Below are positions 1 through 13,145 of a stretch of DNA of 64,000 nucleotides, piece after piece. Under the pieces are notes generated by a model. The model worked only from the letters and a program-made list of their open reading frames with translations, did no database searches and had not been told where the DNA came from. The stretch spans positions 200,756,001-200,820,000 of the forward strand of contig OZ024743.1 of NCBI GenBank assembly GCA_964016885.1, written 5' to 3'. This DNA is from Eledone cirrhosa. Lineage: Eukaryota. Position numbers and translations under genes: made by a program. Each line of letters opens with the position of its first letter. Positions within the stretch are counted from its first letter, which is position 1.

Positions 1-117
1 CATCCTTACCCTTCATGAATAAACAGTATACAGAAAATCTCCATATCCTTTCAAATAAGACATTTTGCTGCTTGCTACCCCTTAAAGATGTCATTACTAA
101 TTTAACATTCATTTCTC

Positions 118-352
118 ATGAAAAAATCGCAGGACAGATTTTACGGGCAAAACCGACCGGCAGGCGACCCAGGGGTTGACCTCGAGCAAGATGGTTGGAT
201 AACATGCATGAGCTTGACTGCACGCTCGAGGATCCAGTCGGATCTTTTGGAGGCAGTTGCTTCTGACAGGACCCACTAAAGGGAGTGTTTGAGGACTCTA
301 CCCCCACGACCCTCTCAGGAATAAGTGGGCAAAGACGAAGATGATGATGATG
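118..352 (+). mobile_element. RTE-clade LINE 3' fragment; related copies ~33500-33725, ~46700-46905, ~55995-56225
   Basis: Degenerate translation ILRAKPTGRRPRG*PRARWLDNMHEL matches the RTE C-terminal GxRxRGRPxxRWxD motif; (GAT)n/(GAA)n tail; four dispersed copies. Confidence 0.7.
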
Positions 353-497
353 ATGGTGGTGGTAAGGGGGATAAATATAGTGTTATTTGTAATGGATGGT
401 GATGATGATGATGAGAGTGGTGATATTTGACTGATGTTGGCGGCGGACTTTATAGTAGTGGCGGTGGCCGGGGATGTTGATGGTAGAGGTGTTAATG

Positions 498-680
498 ATA
501 ATTGTTTCTACTTTAGGCACAAGGCCAGCAATTATCCAGTGCATTACTGGTACTTTATTTTATCGACCCCGTAAGGATGAAAGGCAAAGTCAACCTCGGC
601 GGGATTTGAACTCAGATCGTAAAGGGACGTAACTATGCTGGAAAGCATGGCGTCCGACCATCTACCGATACTGCCAATCC
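498..680 (-). mobile_element. tRNA-derived SINE family A
   Basis: Minus strand: A box TGGCAGTATCGGTAG, B box GAGTTCAAATCC, central CTTTGCCTTTCATCCTTACGGGGTCGATAAAATAAAGTACCAG (resembles the Meta-SINE domain as recalled), AT-rich tail. Confidence 0.85.
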
Positions 681-1060
681 ATGGTGGCGGCAGTGATGTT
701 GTTGGTGGTGGTAGTGATGATGGTGACAGTAGCGGAAGCTTATGATGTTGGTGGTGGCGGTAAAGGTGGTGTTGAAGATAATGATTGTGGCAGTGATATT
801 GGTGATAGTGGTGACGATGATGGTGGTGGAGGTGGCAGTGAAGTTGGTGGTGGTGATGGTGGTGGTGGTTGTGACAGTGATGGTGACGGGGATGTTGGTG
901 GTGGTGGTGGTGGTGGTGGTGGTGATGTTGGTGGTGACGGTGACAGTGATGTTGGTGGTTGTGACGGTGATGGTGGTGATGATGGTGGTGGTGGTGGCGG
1001 TGATGTTGGTGGTGGTGGTGATGTCGGTGATGTTGGTGGTGGTGGTGGTGGCCGTGGCGT
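681..1060. repeat. (GGT/GAT)n low-complexity tract
   Basis: Degenerate trinucleotide repeat; similar tracts at 35355-35650, 37385-37810, 55310-55690. Confidence 0.9.
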
Positions 1061-1896
1061 AGAGTTCCTTTGTTCTAATTTACTGACTTGGTTAGTTACG
1101 GTTCACTGACAACAGAAAAGTTCCTCAGTTTCCTTTTAGTTTTCAGTAGGGAGTAAGTAGGTATATACGTGTATGCGTCTGGTGGCATGTGTGTGTGTAT
1201 GTGTGTGAGTGTATGTATGTGTGTGTATGTGTGTGTTTGTATGTGTGTGTATGTGTATGTGTATGTGAGTGTGTGTGCATGTGTGTGAGTGTATGTGTGT
1301 GAGTGTATGTATGTGTGTGTATATGTGTGTTTGTATGTGTGCGTGTGAGTGTATGTGTGTGAGTGTATGTATGTGTGTGTATGTGTTTGTTTGTATGTGT
1401 GTATCTGTGTGTGTGTATATGTGTGAGTGTATGTGTGTGAGTATGTGTTTGTATGTGTGTGTGTGTATGTGTATGGGAAGTGGGACGTGGAAGTGAGAAT
1501 TTTGTAAGATTTGGTACAATGTGGGTGGAATTTATGAGGGGGACAGTGGGTGAGGTTAGTAGTTAGCAGTTAGCAAGCTGGGTAGTTTGGGGCATTTTCG
1601 GTAGGTAGGTTAGTAAACAGGGGTGGGGCTGGGTGAGTTGACTTGGTTTGTATCGCAAAAAAGAAAAGAACTCTCCCACCCCCAACAAAGAAAAGGACAA
1701 AAATATATCAACAGGAATTGGTGCTCTTGGAGTAAAGCACCGAAGAAATATTTCTCGTATTCTTTCATTGTACTCATTGGCATCGTTTCCCTTCCACACA
1801 ACACCACACCACCCACTTATTCACCCTAAACTCTCCACCCCCTCTTTATTGTTTCCACGCCACCAACGCCACAATTTCTTTCTCACCTATTTTAGA

Positions 1897-2452
1897 AGTG
1901 GTGGTTTGATAGTATCGGTAGAGCGTCAGACACCATGCTTTGCAGCAGCATAGAGTTATGGCCCTTTGCGTTCTGAGCTCAAATCCGCCGCGGTTAACTT
2001 TGCCTTTCATCCTTACGGGAGCGATAAAATAAAGTACCAGTAATGCACTGAGGTATTCGCTGGCCTTGTGCCAAAAGTAGAAACTATATTTCAGTAGCTG
2101 TCTAAGACATAGTCTCCTTCCACTCTATTGTCTAAAAACTTGCTTTTTAAAAAAATAAGAATACAAACGAAAGACAGAGATCTGCTGGGTCATCGGCCGT
2201 TGAGGTGGACTGCTAGTACACCCAGGGACACAGCCTCTGGCACAAGCCAAAGGCTATTAGGGCAGTGGATTGGCAATATCAGTAGAGGGTCGAACGTCAT
2301 GCTTTGCAGCATAGAGTTACACCCCTTTACGGTCTGAGTTCAAATCCCGCCGAGGTTAACTTGCTTTTCATCCTTACGGGGTCGATAAAATTAAGTACCA
2401 GTAATGCATTGGGGTCTTTACTGGCCTTGTGCCAAAAGTAGAAACAATTAAT
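1897..2452 (+). mobile_element. Two SINE family A copies (1897-2088, 2263-2452)
   Basis: Same A/B boxes and central domain as 498-680. Confidence 0.85.
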
Positions 2453-2551
2453 TTATAGCAATATTTATATGAAACAACAGATGAAGCAACAAAGCTGAAA
2501 CTTCGAAGTCACAATCAATTTTTCTTCAAGAAATAAATTCTACCACACCCT

Positions 2552-2634
<83 letters not shown>

Positions 2635-2646
2635 TTAATATAGATG

Positions 2647-2697
2647 AGATTCTACAGGACTAGAACTGTTTCATTCTTTAGAAATCATCAGCAATCT
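2647..2697 (-). ncRNA. Hammerhead-like motif, family 1 (also ~32700-32750 -, 34831-34877 -, degenerate 59728-59775 +)
   Basis: Minus strand agattg CTGATGA tttctaaagaat GAAAC agttcta GTC ctgtag aatct; four related copies, each next to (TA)n. Confidence 0.6.
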
Positions 2698-2847
2698 GGG
2701 TATCAAAAAATAAGTATGGTATTTATAGGTGTCTACAAGTGGTAGGAGAGGGTGGGGAGTGGGATGGGTGTAGGTTATTGGTTGATAGAAATATATATAT
2801 ATATATATAATATATATATATCTGTTAACAGGCCCATATATATATAT

Positions 2848-3170
2848 AATGGTTATAGACTCCTTTCGGTCCTCAATGACTATGGGTTTTGTACCTAGAA
2901 AATTCTCCTCCAAGCTATGGCAGGTTTCTTGTGAAAGACAAGCAGTCGCCCATGCATACTAATCTCTTCCAAATATACAACTGTTGTTGTCTAAGGGTAT
3001 GGCAGAGATTGATATAACTTAGTACCAGTGACGTCGCAATTCATGTTTTCCTACTGTGTGAACTGGAGCAGCATGACACAAAGAGTCTTGCTCAAGGAGA
3101 TAACGTGCCACCTGGTCCGGGAATCGAACTTACAACCTCGCGATTGTGAGATTAACGCTTTAACTACATA
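2848..3170 (-). mobile_element. tRNA/CORE-like SINE family B
   Basis: Minus strand B box GTTCGATTCC followed by CCTTGAGCAAGACTCTT...GCTCCAG. Confidence 0.7.
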
Positions 3171-3319
3171 CCCCCCCCACACACACATATATATGATTGT
3201 TCTATATTCTGAGCGCTGCACACACACACCAAAGATGGTAAATCTATTGCTGATTACTAAAATAATTAATAAGCAATTCAAATTTTACATCAGGTTTGCG
3301 CTTATACCAGCTTTGTTGG

Positions 3320-3580
3320 CCCATATTTCACATCTGGCCTGGGCCTGTTAACAGATTTGGATATTCACATTTCACATCTGGCGTGGACCTATCAACCGAT
3401 TTGTTGGTTCACATTTCACTTCTGGCGTGGACCTATCAACAGACGTTGGTTCACATTTTACAACTGGTCTGGGCTTGTTAACAGATTTGGTCGTTCACAT
3501 TTCACATCTGGTGCCGGCCTATTAACAGATTTGGTGGCCTATATTTTACATTTGGCGTTGGTCTATTAACAGATTTAGGG
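3320..3580. repeat. Degenerate 44-bp minisatellite, about 6 units
   Basis: Unit catttcacatctggcgtggacctatcaaccgatttgttggttca starting at 3368, 3412, 3454, 3498, 3542. Confidence 0.85.
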
Positions 3581-3994
3581 GAGGGTGGGGTGAAGTCAGC
3601 ATTTCACGTCTGTTACTAAGATGGTATTGCATGGTTCTATCGATCTATCTCACATGAGATCAAGCAAACCTTCAAGTGGAATTGAATAGTTGAGTGTTTT
3701 TGTCCTGTGACAGATAACTGAGCTAAGAGTTCTGTGGTATTAGTAAAGAGAGAAGCGAGACTGACGGAAAATATGTTTGTAAGTGTATAAGAGATAGAGA
3801 GGAAGAGAGAGAGGGGGGGTGGTGAGAAAGTGCGCGCATGTGTGTTTGGAGGTATGCGTGCGCTTATGAATGCGCGTATGAATTAGAGCATATGTATGTT
3901 AGCGTGTCCACAAAATTGTCTGTGTTTGAGTACGTGCATGTGTGAGTGTAGAAAGAGAGAGAGAGAACGCTGGACACACACATATTCACATGTA

Positions 3995-4087
<93 letters not shown>

Positions 4088-4413
4088 GGAGAGAGATAGA
4101 GATAGACGGAGAGTGATAAGGAGATAAAAAGTGATTATAGGAGATTATCCGTTGTTGTATCTGACTAACTGCTGTTACTAAAAGGTGCAGATTGCTCCAA
4201 TAGACATCATCATCACCATCGATACCATTACCATTACCATTACAGTACTGATGGCATCATTGAACCAATATTCTGCCAGTTAGGATAACTAATGTGCCAA
4301 CACTAACAACGTTTCTTCTTGTTCACACAAAACAGACAGACAATAGAACCAGTTCAGACGAAACATTTTAGGAAAATATTTCAAAACACGAAGAAAACAT
4401 AAAAGAGAGAGAT

Positions 4414-4477
<64 letters not shown>

Positions 4478-4929
4478 TGGGGGAGATAGAGAAAATGGAG
4501 ATAGATGGAGCGTGAGAGGGAGACAGAGAGTGATAGAGATAAAACGAAGAGGATATAGAAATAGAGATAGAAAGAGAAAGGAGAGGGACAACGAGAGAAA
4601 GAGACACAACGAGAGAGTAAGACAGATATATATATATATATATATATATATAAAGGAGAGAACAAGAAAGGAGAGATACAATAAGAAAAAATTGTGACAC
4701 AAAGAGAGAGTGAGACCGAGAGAGAGTGAGACACGGAGAGTAAGATATTGAGAGTGAGGGAAAGTGTGAAAAAGGAGGAAAAGAAAGTGAGAGAAACAAG
4801 GAATGAGGAGAAGAAATGACAAATACATAACACCAGAAAAATAGTCATATCAAGAGAAGTCGAAAAGGAGATAACTGCATTGATATAATAAATAAAACAC
4901 AAGAGAATGAAAAATATATAATAATATAT

Positions 4930-5420
4930 ATGAGGATTGTCACGATGAAGGAGATGAGCCACTGGGAGAAGTTAAAAGAACTAAAACTCTACTCCTTCGA
5001 GCGAAGGCGGGAGAGATACACAGTGATATACATATGGAAGATCCTGGAGAGACTAGCACCAAACTTTGGCATTGAGAGCTTGACCAATCCTCGAACAGGA
5101 CATCAATGTGTGGTGCCAAATGTCCCGTCTTTCACTTCTAGAGTAAGGAGTAGATATTGCAATAACCTGGAGTTCACCCCCACCCCCCAACTCTTTAATA
5201 GGCTGTTAAGAATCTTTAGAGATCTGCATGATGTAGACGTGGATGTTTTCAAGAAACATCCACGCAGATGAACTCACAGCACAGAATAAAGGTAACGTAA
5301 GGACAGCAGAAACGAACTCCCTCTTACATCAATGGCCAGCCAACGCAGAGAGTGAAGCAACAAGGGCAGTGCCATAGCATGGCCTCAGCCGGATAGCTGG
5401 AACAGGTAAACGAGTAACAT
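4930..5420 (+). mobile_element. CR1-group LINE 3' fragment
   Basis: MSHWEKLKELKLYSFERRRERYTVIYIWKILERLAPN matches the post-RT Y.ERL..L.L.SLE.RR motif of CR1-group ORF2. Confidence 0.75.
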
Positions 5421-5422
5421 AA

Positions 5423-5642
5423 TTAAACCCTTTCGTTGCCATATTTTTGATGAAATGCACTATGTGAAATATGCATTGACAAATTTGGAAGGAATTACTA
5501 AATTTAATAATTACATCATTAAGATAATAACTTAACATGGATCTTATATAAAATTGTTGGAAGATTTATATTTCAATGGAAACTTTAAAATGTTTTTTTT
5601 TTCATAGAACCAGTCGATTTTGGGCGGGTTGGTATCAAAAGG
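5423..5642. mobile_element. Degenerate piggyBac-like MITE
   Basis: TTAA-a-CCCTTTCGTTGCC left end and GGTATCAAAAGG right end form imperfect TIRs; right TTAA absent. Confidence 0.4.
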
Positions 5643-5794
5643 AAGAAATATAATAATATAATAACCTTCCAGGTTGTATCTTATAGGAGGACGAAACATG
5701 CACCCGGATAAATTACAGCCGAATGCTTAAGAAGTTCATTTTGCAATCACGCATCTACGTGATATCGTGACAACTTGGGTAAGTATCATCCACC

Positions 5795-6082
5795 CGGGGT
5801 TGGATTTATATCTTGGGGGGGGGGGGGGGGGGCCCTCATACGAATAAATTTAGAATACACAGCAAACCCCCTATTTTACATATCAAAGTTAGCTTGGCGC
5901 AAGTAAATGGAATTGAAAAGTTATACATACTGGTATTAAATTAAAAGAATTCTAACCATCCTAAAACAAAAAAAAGCCCAGCTGATGGCACAAATAAATT
6001 GCTCGACCGTCGTTGCTCCCCCCCCCCCCTGCAGGGGGCCCGGGGAAATTGCCCCATTTTCCCCCTATTAAATCCGACCCTG
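5795..6082. mobile_element. hAT-type MITE inserted into an old CORE-like SINE
   Basis: TIRs CGGGGTTGGATTTA / TAAATCCGACCCTG; exact 8-bp TSD CATCCACC at 5787-5794 and 6083-6090. Confidence 0.85.
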
Positions 6083-6248
6083 CATCCACCACAACCTCAT
6101 GTTGACCCAGGCCTTGTGAGTGAAAATAGGGAGACGGAAACTGTTTTGACGATCATGAAATTTACGTGTAGGGAAGTTTCAGTGTCATATAGTAGGTGAT
6201 AAGACTGGCTCTTTGTGAATTACAGGTACAATCCATTTCCATGTATAT

Positions 6249-6805
6249 ATTGTTATACTTGGGGAGGGTCATATTGTTGTAATAATATTGCCAGAAATAA
6301 TAACAGAACACACTCACTGTTTGGTTGGTTTTCGCTTCTGTATCTTTTATATCTCCACAGTTAATTCATTCGGTCAAAAATACAGATATAATATAGATAT
6401 AAACACATATATATAGTCTAACAAAGTCCTTTCGTTGCACATCTGCAACCTCATCAGTGGTACTATTATGTTCCTCTTGTATTGTAGAAGACAAAAATAA
6501 ATAAATAAATAAACAGATAAAATAAAAATGGCGTAGATATACAATACAACAGGAGGAACATAATAGTACCACTGATGATGTTGCAGATGTGCAACGAAAG
6601 AACTTTGTTAGACTATATATATGTGTTTATATCTATATTATATCTTTAATTTTGACCGTTGGTCAGTCAATGAAAAACATTGAGGACCGAATAAATTAAC
6701 TGATATAAAAAATACAGAAGCGAAAACCAACCAAACAAGGAGTGTGTTCTGTTATTATTTCTGGCAATATTATAACAATATGTCCCTCCCCAAGTATAAC
6801 AATAT
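6249..6805. mobile_element. Nested fold-back elements; inner arms carry inverted hammerhead motifs
   Basis: Outer arms ~6249-6375/6683-6805, inner arms ~6372-6485/6541-6658; CTGATGA-t-gttgca-gatg-tgcaac-GAAA at 6572-6599 (+), mirrored at ~6430-6457 (-); outer arm recurs at 40181-40270. Confidence 0.8.
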
Positions 6806-6848
6806 TTGTTTCGACACTCGATTTCATATCAAAAACCTCGCAAAACAA

Positions 6849-6949
<101 letters not shown>

Positions 6950-7404
6950 TATGCCTATATCTATGTATTATACAGAGAGAGAGAGAGCGAGAGAGAGAGA
7001 GAGAGAGAAAGAGAGAGCGAAATACACACACATAAATGTGTGTGTGTGTCTGTGTGTGTGTATGTGTGTGATGGGTTCGGAAGAATAGGTGAGATAATGG
7101 GAAACAGCTGTTCCCCTTTGTAATGTAGTTGGTATTGTTGTTGTTGCTGCTGTTGTTGGTGATGGTGGTGGCGTTCTACGTCTTTCACTCACAGAAAAAG
7201 TTGACTCGGTGCAACATTTCGCAACACTACATTAATTACCCTCCTCCCTCCCCCAAAAGAACAAACCATATCTTGCCCAACCTCACCATCACAGCCACCG
7301 CCACAATCACAAACAACACCAACACTAACAGATATTTCGACTAGCTAGAAATAACAGTCAAATCTCAGTCAAGTTATACCTCAAGTTCTACATTCAGTGC
7401 TTCT

Positions 7405-8164
7405 ATATCTATCTATCTAGGGCGGGAACATTCCAGAGATCCATGGACAAGTTCTCTCCAACGATCTCTGTCCTTCATCATCGCCGCCATGTCCTGCGTC
7501 TCCCAGAGACCAGTGTCTGTCCTTAGGGCATCAATATATGCCTCTCTCTCTCTCTCCATATATATATATATATATATATATATGGTGGCTGCCAACTTGT
7601 TTTCGAGTACGGCCAGTACTTTATATCCATGTAGGAGAACCCCTACCGATGCGCTGAAGGAGTGTGACTTTTTAGTCCAGCCAGCGACTTGAAAACTCTG
7701 GTACAAACACTACACTTGTGACAATTATTGACACATAGTGCTGGGCCCATGGTACCATGTGACGACATGTGCAGAGAGATCTCCAGATATGAAGCTTTTA
7801 TAGTGAGCAAAGGCACTGCATAAAGCCAGTCCCGCTCTCTTAACCAAGATGATATTTACCAAAAAGAAGAACAAGTCAACATCATTGGATACCACCAGGG
7901 TTGCAGGTGTTATATCAGAGTTTTCCTTCTCCTAGAATTCTGCCTTGACAAAGGCTAAGGGGTCATCTCTCCCGGTGATTTTGGATGGCCATTGACTCTT
8001 AAGAGCTCCTTTGCCTTTTGACAGGTTTTGTTTTTAGTCCTGCAGGATGTCCAAAGTCCCCCTCCTCACTAAGAAACCTTGGTGGGTTTTCCAATTTAGT
8101 CGCCAACGACCCGACCATGAGACAGGTTGTACTGGGATACATGTTACCAGTAGCACCAACTATT

Positions 8165-8165
<1 letters not shown>
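7405..8165 (-). mobile_element. RTE-derived remnant (5'UTR-like part plus ORF C-terminus and (ATAG)n tail)
   Basis: YIDALRTDTGLWETQDMAAMMKDRDRWRELV..SRPR* then atagatag; upstream TCTAGGAGAAGGAAAACTCTGAT resembles RTE 5'UTR motifs. Confidence 0.55.
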
Positions 8166-8207
<42 letters not shown>

Positions 8208-8419
8208 CATACAAATATAAACGGAGTCATAGACTTGCATTATTCCCTGTAAATTATGTGCTCAAAGGAAAAGGAATCCTGAGCTCTTCAAAATACAATA
8301 TGTAGAAAGGATAACACACTAGAGAGAGATAGAGAGTGTGTGCGATCAAAATATATATGTGTGTGCGTGTGTGCGTGTGTGTGTGTGTATCTGTGTATGT
8401 ATCTGTGTGTGGGTGTGTG

Positions 8420-8690
8420 AGTATGTTGGATCTCCGTCGGTTCCAACGACGAGTGTTCCAGGTGTTCAAACAACAATACCTTTGTTATGGAGGAGATTCG
8501 GCGTGACACAATTTATGAAAGAGCTGCCATTTTTGATTACAGGCATAAATCACTTTTTGTAGCTAAGTGGACTGGAGCAACGTGAAATAAAGTATCTTGC
8601 TCAAGGACCCAATACACCACTGTTTATCGAACGTACGATTTTAAGATGGTGAACCGAATACAGTAACCACTAAGCCACGTGTCTTCATTA
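8420..8690 (-). mobile_element. SINE family B head with a different tail
   Basis: Minus strand GTGGCTTAGTGGTTA...GTTCGAT...CCTTGAGCAAGATACTTTATTTCACGTTGCTCCAG. Confidence 0.7.
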
Positions 8691-9404
8691 TGTTGCAATT
8701 GGCTTCATAATTGTTGAGCATTTCTTGTAGTGAAAGTGAATCATTTTGAATATAATGTGAAGTGGGTGTTTGGTGGAAACCTAGAGTTAATGTGTTTCAC
8801 TAAAAACTGGGAAATTTGTAATTCACAGAGAGATAGAGTGTGGTGATTGTGTATGTATATGCTAGGGAGAAATGAGGAGAGATAGATAGAGAGTGTATGT
8901 GTGAAAGAGACGGGTGAGATAGATATATAGGGAGGGGTGAGGGATAAATAGAAAGATAGATAGAGAGAGGGGAGAGACAAAAAGATAGATAGAGAGAGAG
9001 GTGAGAGATAAAAAGTTAAATAGAGGAATACAAAATGATAGATAAATAGATTGATAGATAGATAGAGAGAAGAGAGAAAGAGTGAGAGAGAAAGGAGAGA
9101 TAGTAAGAGAGAGACGGGAGAGTGGGGAAATAAAAAGATAGATAGAGAGAGGGGAGAGATAAAAAGATAGATAGGGTAATACTAAAATATAGATAGAGAA
9201 AGAGAGATGTAAAGAATGTATATGTGATGTGTAAGAGAGAGAAGAGCGGAGATATACATTGTGAAGCAAAGCGCCCTAATATTAGAGCCACTTCTTGCAA
9301 TAGGTCTACCAAGATATGAAATTAGCACAACAAGGCCACAATGAGGAAAACAGTGAGTTAAATTAACCACTGCTTTCTACAACTCTACCATTATTATTCA
9401 ACTA

Positions 9405-10770
9405 AGTGGTGGATTGGCAGTATCGGTAGAGGGTCAGACGCCATGCTTTCTATCATAGTTATGTCCCTTTATGATCTGAGTTCAAATCCCGCCGAGGTTA
9501 ACTTTGCCTTTCATCCTTACGGGGTCGATAAAATAAAGTACCAGTAATGTACTGGGTAATTGCTGGCCTTGTGCCAAAAAGTAAAAAAATTATTATTCAA
9601 CTAGGTCTTTATTTCATCAACCCCTGGAAGGATCTAAAGTTAAATCCAACAGAATTTAAACTGAGAGTGTAAAAGAAATATAATTATGTAAAATCACGCA
9701 AAGGCGGTGATTTGGCGAAGTAGGTTAAGGTGTAGAGTAGAATACCTCGAGGTATTTGTGTCAATTACTTGCACTCTGGGTTCAAGACCCATCAAGATCA
9801 GTTTTGCTTCTTCCTTTTTTACAGGGTCGATATATGACCTAACAAGTAGTCCTGAAATCGATTCTTTTCTCTCCTTCTCTGTTATAGTTCTCTCTCACCC
9901 CCCTCTCTATCTCCCAATCTTCAATGTTGCGTCATGGAAAGCGATATTGATGTACCACCCACAGCCATAATTAAATATATATATAGCAGTGTACATGAAA
10001 GGGTAGCAGCTTCTTCTAATGGGTAAAAGACAAGAAACAAACAAAAACCACGATACTGGAATCATCACGGGACAGCCCAATATCCTGCATAACACATAGA
10101 GAAAGGTATAAGAGAAGTACCAGCGCTCTACCGATTCAACTGTTCTTGGAAAAGAAAGATACTAAACTGTTTAAAAGTATTTATAACGTTTATATATATA
10201 TAAAAAAAAACTTCCATCATATGAACCTTTGTTATGTTATGTTCCAAACAGCAAAAAAAAAAAAAAATAATAATAATAATTGTATCCACTTTTGGCACAA
10301 GGCCAGCAATTACCTCCAGTGCATTACTGGTGCTTTATTTTATCGACCCTGTAAGGATGAAAGGCAAAGTTAACCTTGGCGGATTTGAACTCAGAACGTA
10401 AAGGGCCATAACTCTGTGCAGCAAAGCATGGTATCTGACGAATAATAATAATAATAATTGTTTCTACTTTAGGCACAAGACCAGCAATTACCCAGTTCAT
10501 TACTGGTACTTTATTTTATCGACCCCGTAAGGATGAAAGGCAAAGTCAACCTCGGCGGGATAAAATACGCACAAGACCAGTAAATTCGAATAAAGGCAAA
10601 TATTGATGAAATCGACCCCAGCACTTTACTGGTATTTTATTTCGTCAGCTCCAGAAGAATAAAAGGCAAAGTGGGTGAGGCTAGGTGTTCAACTTAAGCC
10701 AGAACAACATGTTACAAAACATTTTGTCCGACGCTCTAACGATTCCGTTAATCCAATGCCCCCCCGCCCC
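9405..10770. mobile_element. Cluster of SINE family A copies (9405-9597 +; 10277-10440, 10455-10560, ~10562-10770 -)
   Basis: Repeated family A boxes and central domain. Confidence 0.8.
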
Positions 10771-11206
10771 CGCCAAACACGAAATAAATTATAAAGAAAG
10801 GTAGATAGTTTACTAAATTGATTCAAATCTTGATTATTTTCAAAATGAATATTGAAATCAAATGCAATGCCCTTCTTAAGTAATATGGTAACGAAAGGGT
10901 TTATCCAAAGATCTTCGGTTTCTTTACCCACCCTCGCATGTTCCCCTATATGTCACAAAGACTTCAAAGTAAACGAATAAATAAATAAATAAATAAATAA
11001 ATAAAACAACAACAAAAGAAGACACCAATAAAAAACTTAAGAAAGCCAATATATTAATACAACAACAACAAACAGTACAACAAACAATAACTAAGAACAA
11101 GGAAGTGTAAATCATCAAACTCCCTTCTCAATACACCAGTGTGATTTCCTGAGGTCCCTCCTCCTCAGAATATGCTCATTTACACAAGCCACCCTCCACC
11201 CGTATA

Positions 11207-11305
<99 letters not shown>

Positions 11306-11522
11306 TGCTTTCTCACTCACACGCCCTTTTGTCTTCACAAACAATTACCGGAATATAATACCAGGAAGAGAAAAACATTTTTTTCTTGGAGTGGGGGAAT
11401 CTGATATGGATTAAGGTTGGGACTGGAACTGGGGCTAGGCTGGGGTGACTGGAGGTGGTTGGGGTAGGTCTAGCCTGCTTCTGAAGTGATATATTTATGT
11501 GAAGACAATAACTCATTCATTT

Positions 11523-11554
<32 letters not shown>

Positions 11555-11714
11555 ACACACAAATATTCTCCCCTATCTTAGATGTATATGTGTGGCTATG
11601 TGCATATATATATATATATACAGGAAGTGCTGAAACACACATACACACATAAATAAAAACATATATGTATATTTATATTCATGCATATATATATATATAT
11701 ATATACACATTTAC

Positions 11715-11771
<57 letters not shown>

Positions 11772-12092
11772 CAGGAAGTGCGTCAACATATCACACATAC
11801 ATAAACACACACACACACACCCACACACACACACACAAATATATATATATAAGCACACAAAATATCCATAGGAGTAAACTCGCTACTTAAGAAACGAAAA
11901 GAGGTTTAATTTATTGGACTGAAGGAGTATTTTTTTAACAGAGGTTTTTATTTCCTTCGTCTTGTTATTGTTTTCGTTTCTTGTATTCTTTTTGTCTTTG
12001 ATTTTTCTCCTGTTATTCATAGGAAAGTACTTCTAGAAGTGGTAAGTGCTTTCAAGTCTCAGAATCCTCCACCAACTACTTGATGTATTAAT

Positions 12093-12123
<31 letters not shown>

Positions 12124-12129
12124 CTCTCT

Positions 12130-12169
<40 letters not shown>

Positions 12170-12188
12170 CACACACACACACAATCAC

Positions 12189-12251
<63 letters not shown>

Positions 12252-12294
12252 AAGTGTCGAAGTCAGTGTTGCAGCATATATACAAACTTTATTT

Positions 12295-12380
12295 GCATAA
12301 TACAATTGTTTCGGTATCGATCAGCTCACGGTACAACCGTGACGGGGCTCGACTATTTCTCGATATCTCGTCAGATATGC
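12295..12380 (-). ncRNA. Type I hammerhead ribozyme with extended stem II
   Basis: gcatat CTGACGA gatatcga...tcgatacc GAAAC AATT GTA ttatgc; stem I gcata/tatgc; palindromic stem III ACAATTGT. Confidence 0.8.
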
Positions 12381-12433
12381 GAGCTTATATGAGCAACGGT
12401 ACATCTAAATTATGCATATATATTTATTTATAG

Positions 12434-12464
<31 letters not shown>

Positions 12465-12548
12465 ATCTATCTATCTATCTATCTATATATAACGAAGGAA
12501 GTGTGGTATCTATCTATCTATCTATCTATCTATCAATCTATCGAAACA

Positions 12549-12630
<82 letters not shown>

Positions 12631-12915
12631 CAATCACACACACACACATACATATATTGATATTGATATCTAGCCCAAATAGAGTAGGTTCAACATTGTG
12701 ATTATACCTTTTTCTACATCTGCTCTGCAACTAATACGCATCGACTACTATCCTAATCTGAAGTCTTCATAAATTCATGCACACACGCGCGCTCATATAT
12801 ACACAGAGGGGCGTGCGTACACACACACACATATATATATATGTATAATTTAATTTGATAGATATATGTATAATACAATATAAATGACAATTAACGAGTG
12901 TTTAAATATTTAATC

Positions 12916-12960
12916 ACTGACGATCGTTTCATCCTAGTATAACACCGGGATCATCAAAGT
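12916..12960 (-). ncRNA. Hammerhead motif with C3U substitution
   Basis: act TTGATGA tcccggtgttatactaggat GAAAC GATC GTC agt; palindromic ACGATCGT. Confidence 0.6.
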
Positions 12961-13145
12961 AGATAATAAAGGTCAAACACAAATATAATATCAGAATAGA
13001 TATATGTATATATGGAGAGAAAGAGTCATACAGTGTTTGAGAAGCACATCGTATTTCGTACGCATATATAAAGCACCTGATATTCAGGAAAACATATATA
13101 CTTTAAGATGGCTGATCTCTTTACGAACGATATATAGAAATATAT

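Noticed and set aside
498-680. tRNA genes from A/B boxes
   Set aside because: These are SINE heads fused to a repeated body; no complete cloverleaf
681-1109. Gly/Asp-rich 142-aa ORF with hydrophobic N-terminus
   Set aside because: Arises from a (GGT/GAT)n tract open in several frames; similar tracts recur; no splice or domain support
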